Source of the DNA: an uncultured Bacilli bacterium
GTDB taxonomy: Bacteria > Bacillota_I > Bacilli_A > RF39 > UBA660
NCBI GenBank assembly: GCA_934167825.1
Contig: CAKPLY010000003.1
Location: 65,059-129,058 of the forward strand
Reading direction: 5' to 3'
DNA: 64,000 nt
Shown here: piece after piece, positions 48,757-58,070 of the stretch
How the letters are laid out: each line of letters opens with the position of its first letter
Position numbering within the stretch: position 1 is the first letter of the stretch
Program-made: the position numbers and the translations under genes
The notes under the pieces: model-generated
What the model saw: only the letters and a program-made list of their open reading frames with translations
The model's database searches: none
Told to the model about the DNA's origin: nothing

Positions 48757-50230
48757 TTGTTTTCATCTTCTTTCTTAAATAAATATACAATATACTAATT
48801 ACTGAGTATATTAATATTACTTTTAGGGAATCTAATTTACTAGATACTTTTATGGGTATTACTAAAGATATTAATAAAAGTATAGAACATAAGATAATGT
48901 TATAGTAAATTATATCTAATATTTTATCAAATTTTTTAGTAAAGTCAACTTTATATTTATTTTTACCTGTGATAAATAATAATGTTATTACAAAGATATA
49001 TGATATTGTGTTAATTAATATATCTCCATATATCATATTATATCCCATCCTGTAAATAGAATTTATAAGGGGTACTATAAGTATTAGTTTTAGTAATATA
49101 CCTAAAGACATTATTATATATATTTTTTTGTTTTTAATATTATTTATAAAGATATTTACTACGATATAATATAGTATACTAAATACCATATTAATACTTA
49201 ACATATGTAAGATATAGCCTTCGTTACTTGTGTAAATTAAATTATAGATACTTCTTGAAGTTATACTTAGTATTATTACTAATGTTATTATAAATTTAGA
49301 TATATTAATTAAATAGTCTTCGATAACGATATTAGTGTCTTTTAGATTTTTATTAATATCATTTATTTTATCTACTATGTGATATTTAATTAGTAGGATA
49401 AAGATATTAATTATAGAGTATCCATATAGAAAATAGTTAGTTAATATATTACTTACACTATCATAACTATATCCATATCTATTTTTTAATACAAAGTATA
49501 ATATTACTAGTCCTATATAGTTATATGAATAATATACTATATCTTTTATACTTATAACTATATTTCTATTTATTATATTTAATATTATTTTTTTATAGTC
49601 TGTTCTTTCTATTGTTTTCTTAAATTGTTTTTTCTTTACTTTATCTTTTAGTACCATGCTTTTACATAATATATATACTAGAATAAAAGATATGATACTA
49701 GAAAGATATATTAATATTATAAATATATATGTTTTATTTGGAAATAATTTTCTTCCTAGTATTATAGTAAGTAATATAAAGATAATATTTAGTATATTAT
49801 AGATATTAAATATGTTATCTTTTAGGGTTTTAAATTTATATATACTACATATATTACTTATATTTCTTAATACTGGTTTTATAAATAATGTTAGAGACAA
49901 CGCTATATTTATTAGTATTAAGTTATCTATATTAAATAGTTTATTTAGTAAGTAAGTAAGTATAGATATAAGAATAGTTATTATTATGTTAATTAATATT
50001 ATGCTTATATTGGTATATTTATATACTATATTGATACTGTAAGTGTAGTTTTTATCGTAGTAATCTTTTACATAGTCATAGTTATCTATATGATTAAAGA
50101 TACTAGATAGTATTAGATATAGATATATACTTAGTGTTAATGGTAGAAGATTTGTTCCTTTAGTTAGATAATATAAAGGAATAGATAGTAACATATATAT
50201 AATATTTATAATTAATTCTTTTAACTTCAT
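48725..50230 (-). CDS. Polytopic membrane protein (flippase-like?), unknown family
   Basis: 501 aa, Ile/Leu/Tyr/Asn-rich, with at least 12 hydrophobic spans. Overlaps the argS start by 32 nt. Confidence 0.4.
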   Translation of the reverse strand: MKLKELIINIIYMLLSIPLYYLTKGTNLLPLTLSIYLYLILSSIFNHIDNYDYVKDYYDKNYTYSINIVYKYTNISIILINIIITILISILTYLLNKLFNIDNLILINIALSLTLFIKPVLRNISNICSIYKFKTLKDNIFNIYNILNIIFILLTIILGRKLFPNKTYIFIILIYLSSIISFILVYILCKSMVLKDKVKKKQFKKTIERTDYKKIILNIINRNIVISIKDIVYYSYNYIGLVILYFVLKNRYGYSYDSVSNILTNYFLYGYSIINIFILLIKYHIVDKINDINKNLKDTNIVIEDYLINISKFIITLVIILSITSRSIYNLIYTSNEGYILHMLSINMVFSILYYIVVNIFINNIKNKKIYIIMSLGILLKLILIVPLINSIYRMGYNMIYGDILINTISYIFVITLLFITGKNKYKVDFTKKFDKILDIIYYNIILCSILLLISLVIPIKVSSKLDSLKVILIYSVISILYIYLRKKMKTNERIIIKNKN

Positions 50231-50283
50231 GTAGATACTCCTTTATATATATTTTAACATAGGTTATGTGGTTTTTACAAATA

Positions 50284-52032
50284 CTAATTTTCGTACTTAT
50301 ATAATTTCTTATAAATATTACATCTACTTAATAATTCTTCATGAGTTCCTACATCACTAATACGGCCATTTGATAGGACTACTATTTTATCACAATTAAT
50401 TACTGTAGATAATCTATGTGCTATTATTAATACTGTTTTATTTTTATCTAATTTATATATTTGATTTTGGACTTTTTCTTGGGTAATGTTATCTAATGCT
50501 GAAGTTGATTCGTCAAATAAAATTATATTGCTATTTTTAAGTAATGCTCTTGCAATTGATAATCTTTGTTTTTCTCCCCCAGAAAGTATTACTCCAGATT
50601 CTCCTAAAAGGGTATCATATGTGTTATCTAATTCCATTATTTTATCATAAATAAGAGACTTTTTAACTACTTGTTCTATTTCTTCTTTAGTAGCATTATT
50701 ATTAGCTAGTAATAAATTATCTAGTACTGAGAAATTAAAGATATATGGTGTTTGTGGTATTAAAGTTAGATTATCTCTTAGGAAAGATATATTTATATCA
50801 TTTATATTTATGCCATCAATTAATATTTTACCTGAATCTACAAGATATAGTCTTGATAGTAAGTTAAATATAGTACTTTTACCACTTCCTGATTCTCCAA
50901 CAAAGCCTACTTTCTCTCCTTTATTTATAGTTAAGTTAATATTATGTAGTACTGGTTCATTTGGGTTATAAGAGAAGTTTACATTTTCAAAAGTTATATT
51001 TCCTTCTAATTTAGGTAAGACTATACCTTTATCATCTTCTTTTTCGTAAGTATTATCTATTATTTCAAATATTCTTGATGCTGAAAGATTAAAACTTTTT
51101 ATTAGTCTTGCTACTCTATCATAATGAAGTAGTACACTTTCTACTCTACCTTTATACATATCTAATACTAAAAGTGTTGCTATAGTTAATTCATTTTTAT
51201 TAATTAGAAATATTCCAAGAAGAACAAATGTTATATCTAGTAAGACTCTTACATTATCTATAATTATACTATTTTTACGATATTTTCTTTCCATTTGGAT
51301 TTTTTCTTTATTTATTTTATTTAATTCTAGTTTAGTTTTATTTAAGACACTAGAAGAGGAATTAAGTAATTTTATATCTTTTAGTCCTCTTATTATTTCT
51401 GTTGCAAGAGAGGTTTTCTTTTCGTTTATTTTACGATATTTCTTTTCATCATTTGCGTACATATCACGTCTTTTTTTATGAAGATATGATTTTATTAAGG
51501 AAGATAATATAAAGAAGATAAAGATATATTTATTTATATACAATGTTGCCACTAATACTCCAAAGTTAGAAATGAACTCTACAAAGTTACTTAATAAATC
51601 ATTAAAGATATAGACTATACTTGAAGCATCACTTAATCTATCTATAAAAGTACCTGTACCTAGTTTATCCATTTCTTTAGTTTTAATTTTAATTATTTCT
51701 TCGACCATCTTTAATTGAACTTTAGATACTACTTTTATCATGTATTTTTGATTTAGAAAGTTATTAAAAGCAAATATAAAATTTCTTGTTATTTCTACAA
51801 TAGATATAAATATTACTACTTTTAGTAATTCATCAAATAAGCCATTAGTTAAGTTTAATAATCTTTTGGCAGATAAGACTGGTAGTAATACCCCAATTAA
51901 AGATAGTATTATATTTATTAATAATAATAAAAACATACTTTTCTTTTCTTCTTTAACAAAACTCCATGTCATTTTTAAGTTTGCTTTTGTTTCATTATAA
52001 TTTTTCTTTATTTTATCTTTTTTACTACTCAT
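50284..52032 (-). CDS. ABC exporter, fused TMD-NBD half-transporter (MsbA/multidrug-like)
   Basis: Six-TM N-domain. Walker A GESGSGKST, signature LSGGEKQR, Walker B ILFDESTSALD. Confidence 0.88.
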   Translation of the reverse strand: MSSKKDKIKKNYNETKANLKMTWSFVKEEKKSMFLLLLINIILSLIGVLLPVLSAKRLLNLTNGLFDELLKVVIFISIVEITRNFIFAFNNFLNQKYMIKVVSKVQLKMVEEIIKIKTKEMDKLGTGTFIDRLSDASSIVYIFNDLLSNFVEFISNFGVLVATLYINKYIFIFFILSSLIKSYLHKKRRDMYANDEKKYRKINEKKTSLATEIIRGLKDIKLLNSSSSVLNKTKLELNKINKEKIQMERKYRKNSIIIDNVRVLLDITFVLLGIFLINKNELTIATLLVLDMYKGRVESVLLHYDRVARLIKSFNLSASRIFEIIDNTYEKEDDKGIVLPKLEGNITFENVNFSYNPNEPVLHNINLTINKGEKVGFVGESGSGKSTIFNLLSRLYLVDSGKILIDGININDINISFLRDNLTLIPQTPYIFNFSVLDNLLLANNNATKEEIEQVVKKSLIYDKIMELDNTYDTLLGESGVILSGGEKQRLSIARALLKNSNIILFDESTSALDNITQEKVQNQIYKLDKNKTVLIIAHRLSTVINCDKIVVLSNGRISDVGTHEELLSRCNIYKKLYKYEN

Positions 52033-52288
52033 AATATTACCTCTTTGTAACTTATTTTAGCATATGTGATAGACTTTTACAATAAAAAAAGACATACTAT
52101 TAGAAGTATGAATTTATTTAATTTATTTTTTTAGCACATACTATTACAAAATAATCATTATAAATAGTAGAACATATTTGTAGTATTAAGATATTATCTA
52201 TACTAGATATATTTATATCAAAGTATTCATAGTCATTATTTGTTAGATATACATAAATTATTATATAGATTGTTTTACCATGTTTTTT

Positions 52289-53245
52289 TTATGCACGCAC
52301 TTTTAGTTCTCCTTTTTCACATCTATTTCCCCATGAATCTACTAGTTTATTATCTACTTTTACACATATTATTTCACAATTATTAGAGCATCCATGACAT
52401 TTCTTTTCTTCGGTTAAAAATGATTTTTCTATTATATCAAAAGAAAATGGTTTTTCTATAAGACTTTTTTTTGCTAATATTGCTACTCCTAGAGCACCCA
52501 TTAGATGGGAATTTTTATCTACAATTATTTTTTCTTTAGTTATTTCTTCCATAGCAGTGACTACTCCAATGTTTTTACTTACTCCTCCTTGGAATACTAT
52601 TGGGGGAATAATCTTTTTTCCTTTTCCTACGTTATTTAGATAGTTATTTACTACTGATTTACATAATCCTGCGACAATATCTTCTTTTTTATAACCTATT
52701 TGGGCCTTATGGACTAAATCAGATTCTGCGAACACTGTACATCTTGCTGCTATATCTACTCTATTTTTACTTTGGAGTGCTAGAGTACCAAAATCATTTA
52801 TGTCTATTCCTAGACGCTTTGCTTGAGAAGATAAGAATGCTCCTGTACCTGCAGCACATAATGTATTCATTGCATAATCTGTTACTATTTTATTGTTTAA
52901 TAAGATTATTTTTGAGTCTTGACCTCCAATTTCAAAGATTGTTCTTACATTTGGATAGATAGATGTTGTACCTACTGCATGGGCTGTTATTTCATTTTTT
53001 ACCACACTGGCATTTAATAATACTCCAATTAACTTTCTTGCAGAACCAGTTGTTCCTACACTTACTACTTGATATTCATTATGATTTATCTTAGTTTTTA
53101 AGTCTTTGATTAGTCTTTTTACAGCATCTACTGGGCTTCCTTCAGTATATAAATAGTTACTTGCAATGATATTATTTTGTTCATCTATTATTACTCCTTT
53201 GGTAGAGATACTACCTATATCTACTCCTAAAAAACATTTCTTCAT
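52289..53245 (-). CDS. BcrAD/BadFG (HgdC-like) activase-type ATPase with a Cys-rich C-terminal extension
   Basis: GVDIGSISTKGV, EIGGQDSK, cluster-ligand contexts NTLCAAGTG and ARCTVFAES. Tail CHGCSNNCEIICV...WGNRCEKG. ATG 53245 with an AAGGTGA RBS. Confidence 0.75.
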   Translation of the reverse strand: MKKCFLGVDIGSISTKGVIIDEQNNIIASNYLYTEGSPVDAVKRLIKDLKTKINHNEYQVVSVGTTGSARKLIGVLLNASVVKNEITAHAVGTTSIYPNVRTIFEIGGQDSKIILLNNKIVTDYAMNTLCAAGTGAFLSSQAKRLGIDINDFGTLALQSKNRVDIAARCTVFAESDLVHKAQIGYKKEDIVAGLCKSVVNNYLNNVGKGKKIIPPIVFQGGVSKNIGVVTAMEEITKEKIIVDKNSHLMGALGVAILAKKSLIEKPFSFDIIEKSFLTEEKKCHGCSNNCEIICVKVDNKLVDSWGNRCEKGELKVRA

Positions 53246-53282
53246 TTTTATCACCTTTACTTTTCTTTATAATTATATGCAA

Positions 53283-53317
53283 TAAAAAAAAAGAAACTTG
53301 TCGAAATTTAGTTTCTT
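53283..53317 (-). terminator. Intrinsic terminator after the FMN-binding lipoprotein gene
   Basis: AAGAAACT (53291-53298) / AGTTTCTT (53310-53317) hairpin followed on the minus strand by a T-run of about 9. Confidence 0.75.
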
Positions 53318-53327
53318 TACATTTATT

Positions 53328-53777
53328 TTACTTTTTTGCTTCTTCAAGAGCATTATTTACTGCTTCATACATTGCATCTATTTTTATAGTACAACCACTT
53401 ACAGCATCTGTTTTTCCATCTTCATCAAGTTTTAAGAAGTCTATTCCTTGATGCTCTACGATAGCAAGTTCTAGTTTTTCTACTTGTTCGTACCATTCTC
53501 CTACTGTAGAACCATATGGATGATTTAACATACCGTATTCATCTTTTAATGTCTTTTTAGTAGTTTTTACTCCTTCGGCAGTAGTATATGTAGTATCTAG
53601 GTATACACTTTCAATTTTACCTTCGGCATTTATTTTTACTACTGCACTAGCAGTATTATTTTCTCCACCATAAGTATCTATTGATGTACCAGTATACTCT
53701 CCTTCTTTATATCCTTTAGAGCATCCTGTTAGTAAGACTACTACTAATAAACATAAAACAACCTTTAATTCCTTCAT
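53328..53777 (-). CDS. FMN-binding-domain lipoprotein
   Basis: From ATG 53777 (AGAGGTGA RBS): MKELKVVLCLLVVVLLTGC with lipobox LLTGC. FMN_bind-like C-terminal motif DAVSGCT. Confidence 0.7.
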   Translation of the reverse strand: MKELKVVLCLLVVVLLTGCSKGYKEGEYTGTSIDTYGGENNTASAVVKINAEGKIESVYLDTTYTTAEGVKTTKKTLKDEYGMLNHPYGSTVGEWYEQVEKLELAIVEHQGIDFLKLDEDGKTDAVSGCTIKIDAMYEAVNNALEEAKK

Positions 53778-53829
53778 CTTTTCACCTCTATAATAATTAT
53801 AGGGTATTTTAAGGGATTTTGCAAGTACT

Positions 53830-54321
53830 TTATTTATCATAATCTAGTACTTTTTTAGTAATTATACCTGTTAGAATTCCTGTAGGGATAGAAAATATTA
53901 ATAAGTATGGTAAATAATATATGATGGTATTATTTTTAAGAAGTAATATTGCGATTAATATTTGACCAATACTATGTGTAATAGAACCTACTATACTTAC
54001 TCCAATTATGGATAATAGTTTTATTTTTTTTACTATATACATAGATATAATACTTAATATTGCTCCAGAAAGACTAAAGAAGAAAGTTATACTAAATAGT
54101 CCTGTTCTTAATAAGCCTACTAATAATACTCTTACTAATGATACATATATACTTTCTTTAAAACTATAGTTATATAATACATATAGTATTATTACATTAG
54201 ATAATCCTAGTCTTAATCCTGGGATTATATTATTAAATATAGGGATATAACTTTCTATTATACTTATTACTACTGATAAACTTATTAACATTGATAGTTT
54301 TGTTATTTTTTTTAAATCCAT
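53830..54321 (-). CDS. Gx transporter family protein (heptaprenyl-diphosphate-synthase-component-I-like)
   Basis: 163 aa with five TMs. The PGLRLGLSNVIILY motif is typical of this family. Confidence 0.65.
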   Translation of the reverse strand: MDLKKITKLSMLISLSVVISIIESYIPIFNNIIPGLRLGLSNVIILYVLYNYSFKESIYVSLVRVLLVGLLRTGLFSITFFFSLSGAILSIISMYIVKKIKLLSIIGVSIVGSITHSIGQILIAILLLKNNTIIYYLPYLLIFSIPTGILTGIITKKVLDYDK

Positions 54322-54662
54322 TATTTTGATACTCCATCTAAAGAAGTAGAATCATCATCTACTTTTATTATTATTTTATTTGGTAAACATATTATTACAT
54401 TACTATATCCTTGTTTAGAACATATATGATTTTTAGAGTTTTCTTCGATTACTTTTATTTTATTCGATTTTACTTCTACTACTACTTTACCATTGTAACC
54501 ATCAAAAGTATAGATATTATCTTTAGTTAAATCTATTTTTTGAATTAATTTATCTTCATAGTAGACACTTGCAGTATTAGAACTTTTGGGTCTTAATATA
54601 AGAAGTAATACTACTATGAAAAGAAGTAAAATAATTATTAGTTTTATATCATTTTTGTTCAT
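54321..54662 (-). CDS. NusG domain II-containing membrane-anchored protein
   Basis: 113 aa. N-terminal TM and the conserved HICSKQGYSNVIICLPNKIIIKV segment. Confidence 0.65.
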   Translation of the reverse strand: MNKNDIKLIIILLLFIVVLLLILRPKSSNTASVYYEDKLIQKIDLTKDNIYTFDGYNGKVVVEVKSNKIKVIEENSKNHICSKQGYSNVIICLPNKIIIKVDDDSTSLDGVSK

Positions 54663-54852
54663 AATTATCCCCCTAGATAGTTAGAGAAGATATTTAAATT
54701 ATTATCTATTAGTATTCCTAAATTATTATTTTTTTTTAACATATATATACACTTCCTATAAGTAATTATATCATAAATATAATTAGATACAAATACTTTT
54801 AATTTGTTTAAAGATATGATATAATTTTTTTAGAAAGTGATGGTAGTAATAG

Positions 54853-55539
54853 ATGGATAATAAGAATAATAATTATATAGATGAAGATTTTATTATGGAA
54901 AGTAAGGGTAAAAGTATTATGGATAAGATATTTGTGGTACTTTCTAAGATTATAGGTATATGTGCGTTAATACTTCTTGTAGATTTTGCTTATACTTTAG
55001 TATTTAGTGATAAACCACTTCTTACTATTAAGGAAGAGGATAATAAGTATAGTTCTTTATTATATGATGTATATATTTGTGATAATAATAAGGTTATTAA
55101 GTTTAAGACTGTTAAGTATTCATGTCCTTTAAGTAATGAAGATTATAGTAGTAGTATAGATTATTCTAGTAAGATAGATGATAAGAATATAAGTAAGATT
55201 ACTGAAGATAAGGATAAGAATGATGATAAAGATACTAAGGAAGACACAAATGGTATTAATAAGGATGATAATATAGTTATATATAATAAGAATGAGGATA
55301 TTACTATTATAGATAATAGTGAAGGTAAATATTGTGCTGAAGCAATAGAATATTATTATGAAGATGAAAGTTATAAATATTATTTTACTTGTATTAAGAG
55401 TCAGTATGTATATATAGTTACTGGTAATAAAAGATATAATATAAAAGAGGCTTTAAAAAATAATATAGTTACCATGGAAAAGATAATTAACACTGGATAT
55501 AAAGTGTTAAAGAAAGATAAAAGTTTAGTTAGTGAATAA
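54853..55539 (+). CDS. Membrane-anchored hypothetical protein
   Basis: 228 aa. One TM (IIGICALILLVDFAYTLVF), an Asp/Lys-rich linker and a Cys-containing C-terminal domain. No recognisable family. Confidence 0.45.
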   Translation: MDNKNNNYIDEDFIMESKGKSIMDKIFVVLSKIIGICALILLVDFAYTLVFSDKPLLTIKEEDNKYSSLLYDVYICDNNKVIKFKTVKYSCPLSNEDYSSSIDYSSKIDDKNISKITEDKDKNDDKDTKEDTNGINKDDNIVIYNKNEDITIIDNSEGKYCAEAIEYYYEDESYKYYFTCIKSQYVYIVTGNKRYNIKEALKNNIVTMEKIINTGYKVLKKDKSLVSE

Positions 55540-55542
55540 TTA

Positions 55543-55572
55543 AAACTTACCCTGAAACTACGGGGTAAGTTT
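55543..55572. terminator. Bidirectional terminator between convergent genes (54853 ORF / spo0A)
   Basis: AAACTTACCC (55543-55552) / GGGTAAGTTT (55563-55572) 10-bp stem with T/A runs on both sides. Confidence 0.75.
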
Positions 55573-55574
55573 TC

Positions 55575-56384
55575 TTAAGCGTATTGTTTTAAATTTTCTA
55601 ATCTTAGTTTGTCTGCGACTGTTACAATAAATTCGCTATTTGTAGGTTTTGCTTTATCTATGTCGACACTATGCCCGAATACTTCTTCCATAAAGTCCCA
55701 ATTACCTCTATTCCAACTTACTTCGATGGCGTGCCTTATTGCGCGTTCTACTCTTGAGACTGTTGTACCAAATTTAGTTGCAATATCTGGGTATAATTCT
55801 TTGGTTATTCCTCCTACGATTTCGGGTTTTTCATATACCATAGTTATTCCTTCTCTAATGTACTGGTATCCTTTTATGTGTGATGGCATACCTAACTCAT
55901 GGAGTATCTTAGTTATAGATATTTGTACGTTGTTATAGCATAAGTTAATTGTTTTAGTGTCTAATAGTTTAAATACTTCTAGGATTCTATCTTCTAGGTT
56001 TGATAGTTCATATGGTTTTAGTATGTAATAGTTTACTCCGTATTCACTTACTTTTCTTATTGTTTCTGGGGCATTATATGATGTTTGTACTATGATATTT
56101 TTAGTTATGTTTCTTTTCCTTAGTTCTTCTAAGACATATAGTCCATCTTTGTTTGGCATAATTAAATCTAGTAATATGATATCATATTCTCCTTCGTGAT
56201 CTAATATTGTTTTTAGACCTTCTTCACCATCATTACTAGATAGGACTAGTTCTATTCTTTTGTTATCACTAAAGTACTCTTTTAGCATATTTACTAAACT
56301 AACGTTATCATCTATCATTAGAATTCTTATTTTATCTTTCATGTTTTTCTCTTTCATGTTATCTTTCATGTTTTTGTCTTTCAT
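55575..56384 (-). CDS. spo0A: Sporulation master regulator Spo0A
   Basis: Receiver domain (RILMIDDN...[10 protein letters not shown]). Spo0A-specific C-terminal DNA-binding domain ([12 protein letters not shown]...[17 protein letters not shown]). Four in-frame ATGs at the 5' end. Confidence 0.92.
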   Translation of the reverse strand: MKDKNMKDNMKEKNMKDKIRILMIDDNVSLVNMLKEYFSDNKRIELVLSSNDGEEGLKTILDHEGEYDIILLDLIMPNKDGLYVLEELRKRNITKNIIVQTSYNAPETIRKVSEYGVNYYILKPYELSNLEDRILEVFKLLDTKTINLCYNNVQISITKILHELGMPSHIKGYQYIREGITMVYEKPEIVGGITKELYPDIATKFGTTVSRVERAIRHAIEVSWNRGNWDFMEEVFGHSVDIDKAKPTNSEFIVTVADKLRLENLKQYA

Positions 56385-56435
56385 AATTTCACCTTTTTCT
56401 TTCTTTTTATTTAAATTAAGTATATACCTTTGTTT

Positions 56436-56452
56436 TGTCGTATTTTGTCGAA
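56436..56452 (+). promoter_or_regulatory. Tandem 0A-box-like motifs upstream of spo0A
   Basis: TGTCGTA (56436-56442) and the exact consensus TGTCGAA (56446-56452), spaced 10 bp apart. They lie about 50-70 bp upstream of the first spo0A ATG. Confidence 0.55.
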
Positions 56453-56463
56453 TTAGATTAGAG

Positions 56464-56502
56464 AATTAAAAAATGAGAAATATTTTTAGGTACTTCTCAT
56501 TT
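56464..56502 (-). terminator. Intrinsic terminator downstream of pgk
   Basis: AAATGAGAA (56471-56479) / TTCTCATTT (56494-56502) 9-bp stem followed on the minus strand by TTTTTTAATT. Confidence 0.6.
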
Positions 56503-56668
56503 GGTATTAATTTTGTTGTATTTGGGGTGGTTATCTTTGTTGCTTGTTTTTTTTGTATTTATTAATTGTTTTCATTTCATTTGTTGATTGTCTTTATTAT
56601 TTATTTTATTATTTCTTATTAATTTTATTTTCGTGTTGTTTATTAGTTATCTTTGCTAATTATTTTTG

Positions 56669-57868
56669 TTAGTTATCTTTATTTAATACTTTCTTTTTGT
56701 TTATTACTTCAAGGGCTGGAAGTGGTGTTCCTTCTAGGTATTCTAGAGTTGCTCCTCCTCCTGTAGAAACATGATAAAATACATTTTCAAATCCTAGGTT
56801 GTTTACTGATGAAGCGGAGTCTCCACCTCCTACTAGGGTTTTGATATTGTTGTCTTTTAGGACTTTATATATTTCATATGTTCCTTTTTGGTACATTGGG
56901 TTTTCAAATACTCCCATTGGACCATTTATTAATACTCTTTTGGCATCTTTTAGGTTATTTACAAATAGTTCTATTGAAGATGAACCTATGTCGTAACCAT
57001 ATTCATTTTCTTTAATGTTTTCTAGAAGTTTGTTTTGTGATGTTGTATCTTCTAGAGAGGTACTTACTACAAAGTCTTTAGGTAGGACTATTTTTTCATT
57101 ATATTTATTTAGTAGGTTTTCACAATAAGTTACATAGTCTTCTTCAAGATATTTTTTATTTACGTGATATCCTTTTGTATAAAGGAATGTAAAGCTCATT
57201 GCTCCTCCTATTAAGAGTCTATCACATTTAGTAATTAGGTTATCTATTACTTTTATTTTATCTTTTACTTTTTTACCTCCCATTACTACTACGAATGGAT
57301 GGGTAGGTTCTTCTAGGAAGTTATCTATTTTACTTAGTTCTTCTATTACTAGAAAGCCTATTCCGTTTGGAAGAAGTTTTGCTATTCCTACATTTGATGC
57401 GTGTGCTCTATGAAGGGCACCATAGGCGTCATTAATAAATATATCTCCTAGACTTGCCCAGTATTTAGATAGTTCTTCGTTGCAAGTGCTTTCTTTTTTG
57501 CCTTCTAAATCTTCGTATCTAGTGTTTTCCATAAGTAATACTTCCCCACTTTTTAGGTTGTTTACTTGGTTAGTTAGTTCATCACTAAAAGTATCTGGAC
57601 TAAAATATACGTTTGTGTTAAGTAATTCTTTTAGTCTTTCATATACTGGTTTTAGTGAGTTGTTTTTTAAGTCCTCAGGAGTTTTTATTTTACCTAGATG
57701 AGACATTAGTATTACTTTAGCACCATTATTAATAGCATAATTTATTGTTTTTAGACTTGCTATTATTCTTGTGTCATCTGTTATTTTTCCATCTTTCATT
57801 GGAACATTAAAATCACATCTAATTATCACCCTTTTATCTTTTAAATCGTAATCTAATATACTTTTCAT
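56669..57868 (-). CDS. pgk: Phosphoglycerate kinase
   Basis: 399 aa (RCDFNVP, MSHLG, GGGDS...STGGGA). Confidence 0.95.
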   Translation of the reverse strand: MKSILDYDLKDKRVIIRCDFNVPMKDGKITDDTRIIASLKTINYAINNGAKVILMSHLGKIKTPEDLKNNSLKPVYERLKELLNTNVYFSPDTFSDELTNQVNNLKSGEVLLMENTRYEDLEGKKESTCNEELSKYWASLGDIFINDAYGALHRAHASNVGIAKLLPNGIGFLVIEELSKIDNFLEEPTHPFVVVMGGKKVKDKIKVIDNLITKCDRLLIGGAMSFTFLYTKGYHVNKKYLEEDYVTYCENLLNKYNEKIVLPKDFVVSTSLEDTTSQNKLLENIKENEYGYDIGSSSIELFVNNLKDAKRVLINGPMGVFENPMYQKGTYEIYKVLKDNNIKTLVGGGDSASSVNNLGFENVFYHVSTGGGATLEYLEGTPLPALEVINKKKVLNKDN

Positions 57869-58070
57869 ACTTATTCCTTTCTCTTATCTTTTACTTACAA
57901 GTTAAGTATAACAATTATTTCTTGTTTTGTAAAGGATGTTTACTTTAGGTTTACACTTATTAGATATTGATATTTTTTTAATTTTGTAGTATAATTACAA
58001 ACGAGTGTTATTCTTTTTAATTTTATATTATTTTTTTGTTAACGGTTTTTAAAAAATGAAAGGAGATAAA

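Noticed and set aside
56510-56680. T/G-rich spacer downstream of pgk with the direct repeat TTAGTTATCTTT (about 56644 and 56669).
   Set aside because: Short, low-complexity repeats in a homopolymer-rich spacer. There is no hairpin or ORF logic, and one copy overlaps the pgk stop. This is likely compositional.
56669-57868. pgk standing alone rather than in a gap-pgk-tpi-gpmI-eno operon.
   Set aside because: The arrangement is real, but glycolytic gene order varies widely among Firmicutes. It is not informative without the rest of the genome.
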